6,521 bases of DNA from a virus (Duplodnaviria; Heunggongvirae; Uroviricota; Caudoviricetes). Both the position numbers and the translations under genes were made by a program. Positions within the stretch are counted from its first letter, which is position 1. Each line of letters starts with the position of its first letter. This document shows, in pieces, positions 5,820 to 6,521 of the stretch. The notes below the pieces were generated by a model. The model made no database searches. It was not told the origin of the DNA and worked only from the letters and a program-made list of their open reading frames with translations. The stretch lies in IMG/VR virus record IMGVR_UViG_2534681674_000007. One strand, given 5' to 3'.

Positions 5820-6521
5820 ATGGATTTGAACAAATTCGATGAGCCATTCAGCCCTGAAGATATCGAATGGCGAATACAGCAAAGCGGTAAAACACGCGAT
5901 GGAAAGGTGTGGGCTATGGTGCTGGCTTATGTCACGAACAGGGCAATCATGAAACGCCTGGATGATGTTTGCGGCAAAGCAGGATGGCGCAATGAATACC
6001 GCGATATTCCCAACAACGGCGGCGTTGAATGCGGCATATCAATAAAGATTGATTCCGAATGGGTAACCAAATGGGATGCTGCTGAAAACACGCAGGTAGA
6101 AGCCGTCAAAGGTGGTCGTTCCGGTGCAATGAAGCGCGCTGCCGTTCAGTGGGGAATCGGTCGGTATCTGTATAACCTTGAGGAAGGTTTCGCACAAACA
6201 TCTCTCGATAAAAAGCAGGGGTGGCACAGGGCAAAACTGAAGGATGGAACAGGATTTTACTGGCTCCCTCCATCGCTTCCGGGATGGGCAATCCCAGCAT
6301 CAGATAACAAACCATCACCAGAAAATACCAACCAGAAATCTCCATCGGTTGACTGCGAACAAATCCTGAAAGACTTCAGCGATTATGCGTCAACAGAAAC
6401 TGACAAGAAAAAACTCATCGAGCGTTATCAGCGTGACTGGCAATTAATGGCTGGCAACGAGGAAGCGCAGGCTAAATGCGTTCAGGTAATGAACATCAGA
6501 GTTAACGAACTAAAACCGTAA
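5820..6521 (+). CDS. Rad52-like single-strand annealing protein (phage Sak/Rad52 family recombinase)
   Basis: 233-aa ORF with SD AGGTGA upstream of ATG 5820. N-terminal region (..VLAYVTNRAIMKRLDDVCGKAGWRNEY.. and ..VKGGRSGAMKRAAVQWGIGRYLYNL..) follows the conserved Rad52 N-terminal-domain pattern (RLD..G..GW and a K(R)A...G(I)GRYLY-like motif). Assignment from motif recollection, not a search. Confidence 0.65.
   Translation: MDLNKFDEPFSPEDIEWRIQQSGKTRDGKVWAMVLAYVTNRAIMKRLDDVCGKAGWRNEYRDIPNNGGVECGISIKIDSEWVTKWDAAENTQVEAVKGGRSGAMKRAAVQWGIGRYLYNLEEGFAQTSLDKKQGWHRAKLKDGTGFYWLPPSLPGWAIPASDNKPSPENTNQKSPSVDCEQILKDFSDYASTETDKKKLIERYQRDWQLMAGNEEAQAKCVQVMNIRVNELKP

Noticed and set aside
5927-6345. Three - strand ORFs (5927..6109, 6039..6227, 6106..6345)
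   Set aside because: All antisense within the Rad52-like gene and overlapping each other in different frames; no initiation signals noted.

Overview
This window reads as a fragment of a defective lambdoid prophage (E. coli/Shigella-type) whose central control region has been replaced by an IS629-like IS3-family element; I did not find a clearly novel multi-gene system, and the candidates below are flagged as inference. Leftward (- strand) replication/nin operon, read right to left: an N-terminally truncated O-like replication initiator (3846..3274) whose 5' half carries iteron-like repeats plus an AT-rich tract (candidate ori); a DnaB-family helicase (3277..1901); an intrinsic terminator (tR2-like position); three small uncharacterised genes (2-TM membrane protein of 68 aa, an 87-aa protein, a very acidic 54-aa protein); then NinB, a phage Dam-like N6-adenine methyltransferase, NinE, and the start of a further gene running off the window. 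A complete 1310-bp IS629-like element (3847..5156, orfA/orfB on - strand, 25-bp imperfect terminal inverted repeats) sits where cI/cro/N/cII and the N-terminal half of O would be expected. To its right, on the + strand, are three or four small ORFs and a Rad52-like single-strand annealing protein (5820..6521). All identifications rest on reading the translations and motifs by eye; no database search was run.
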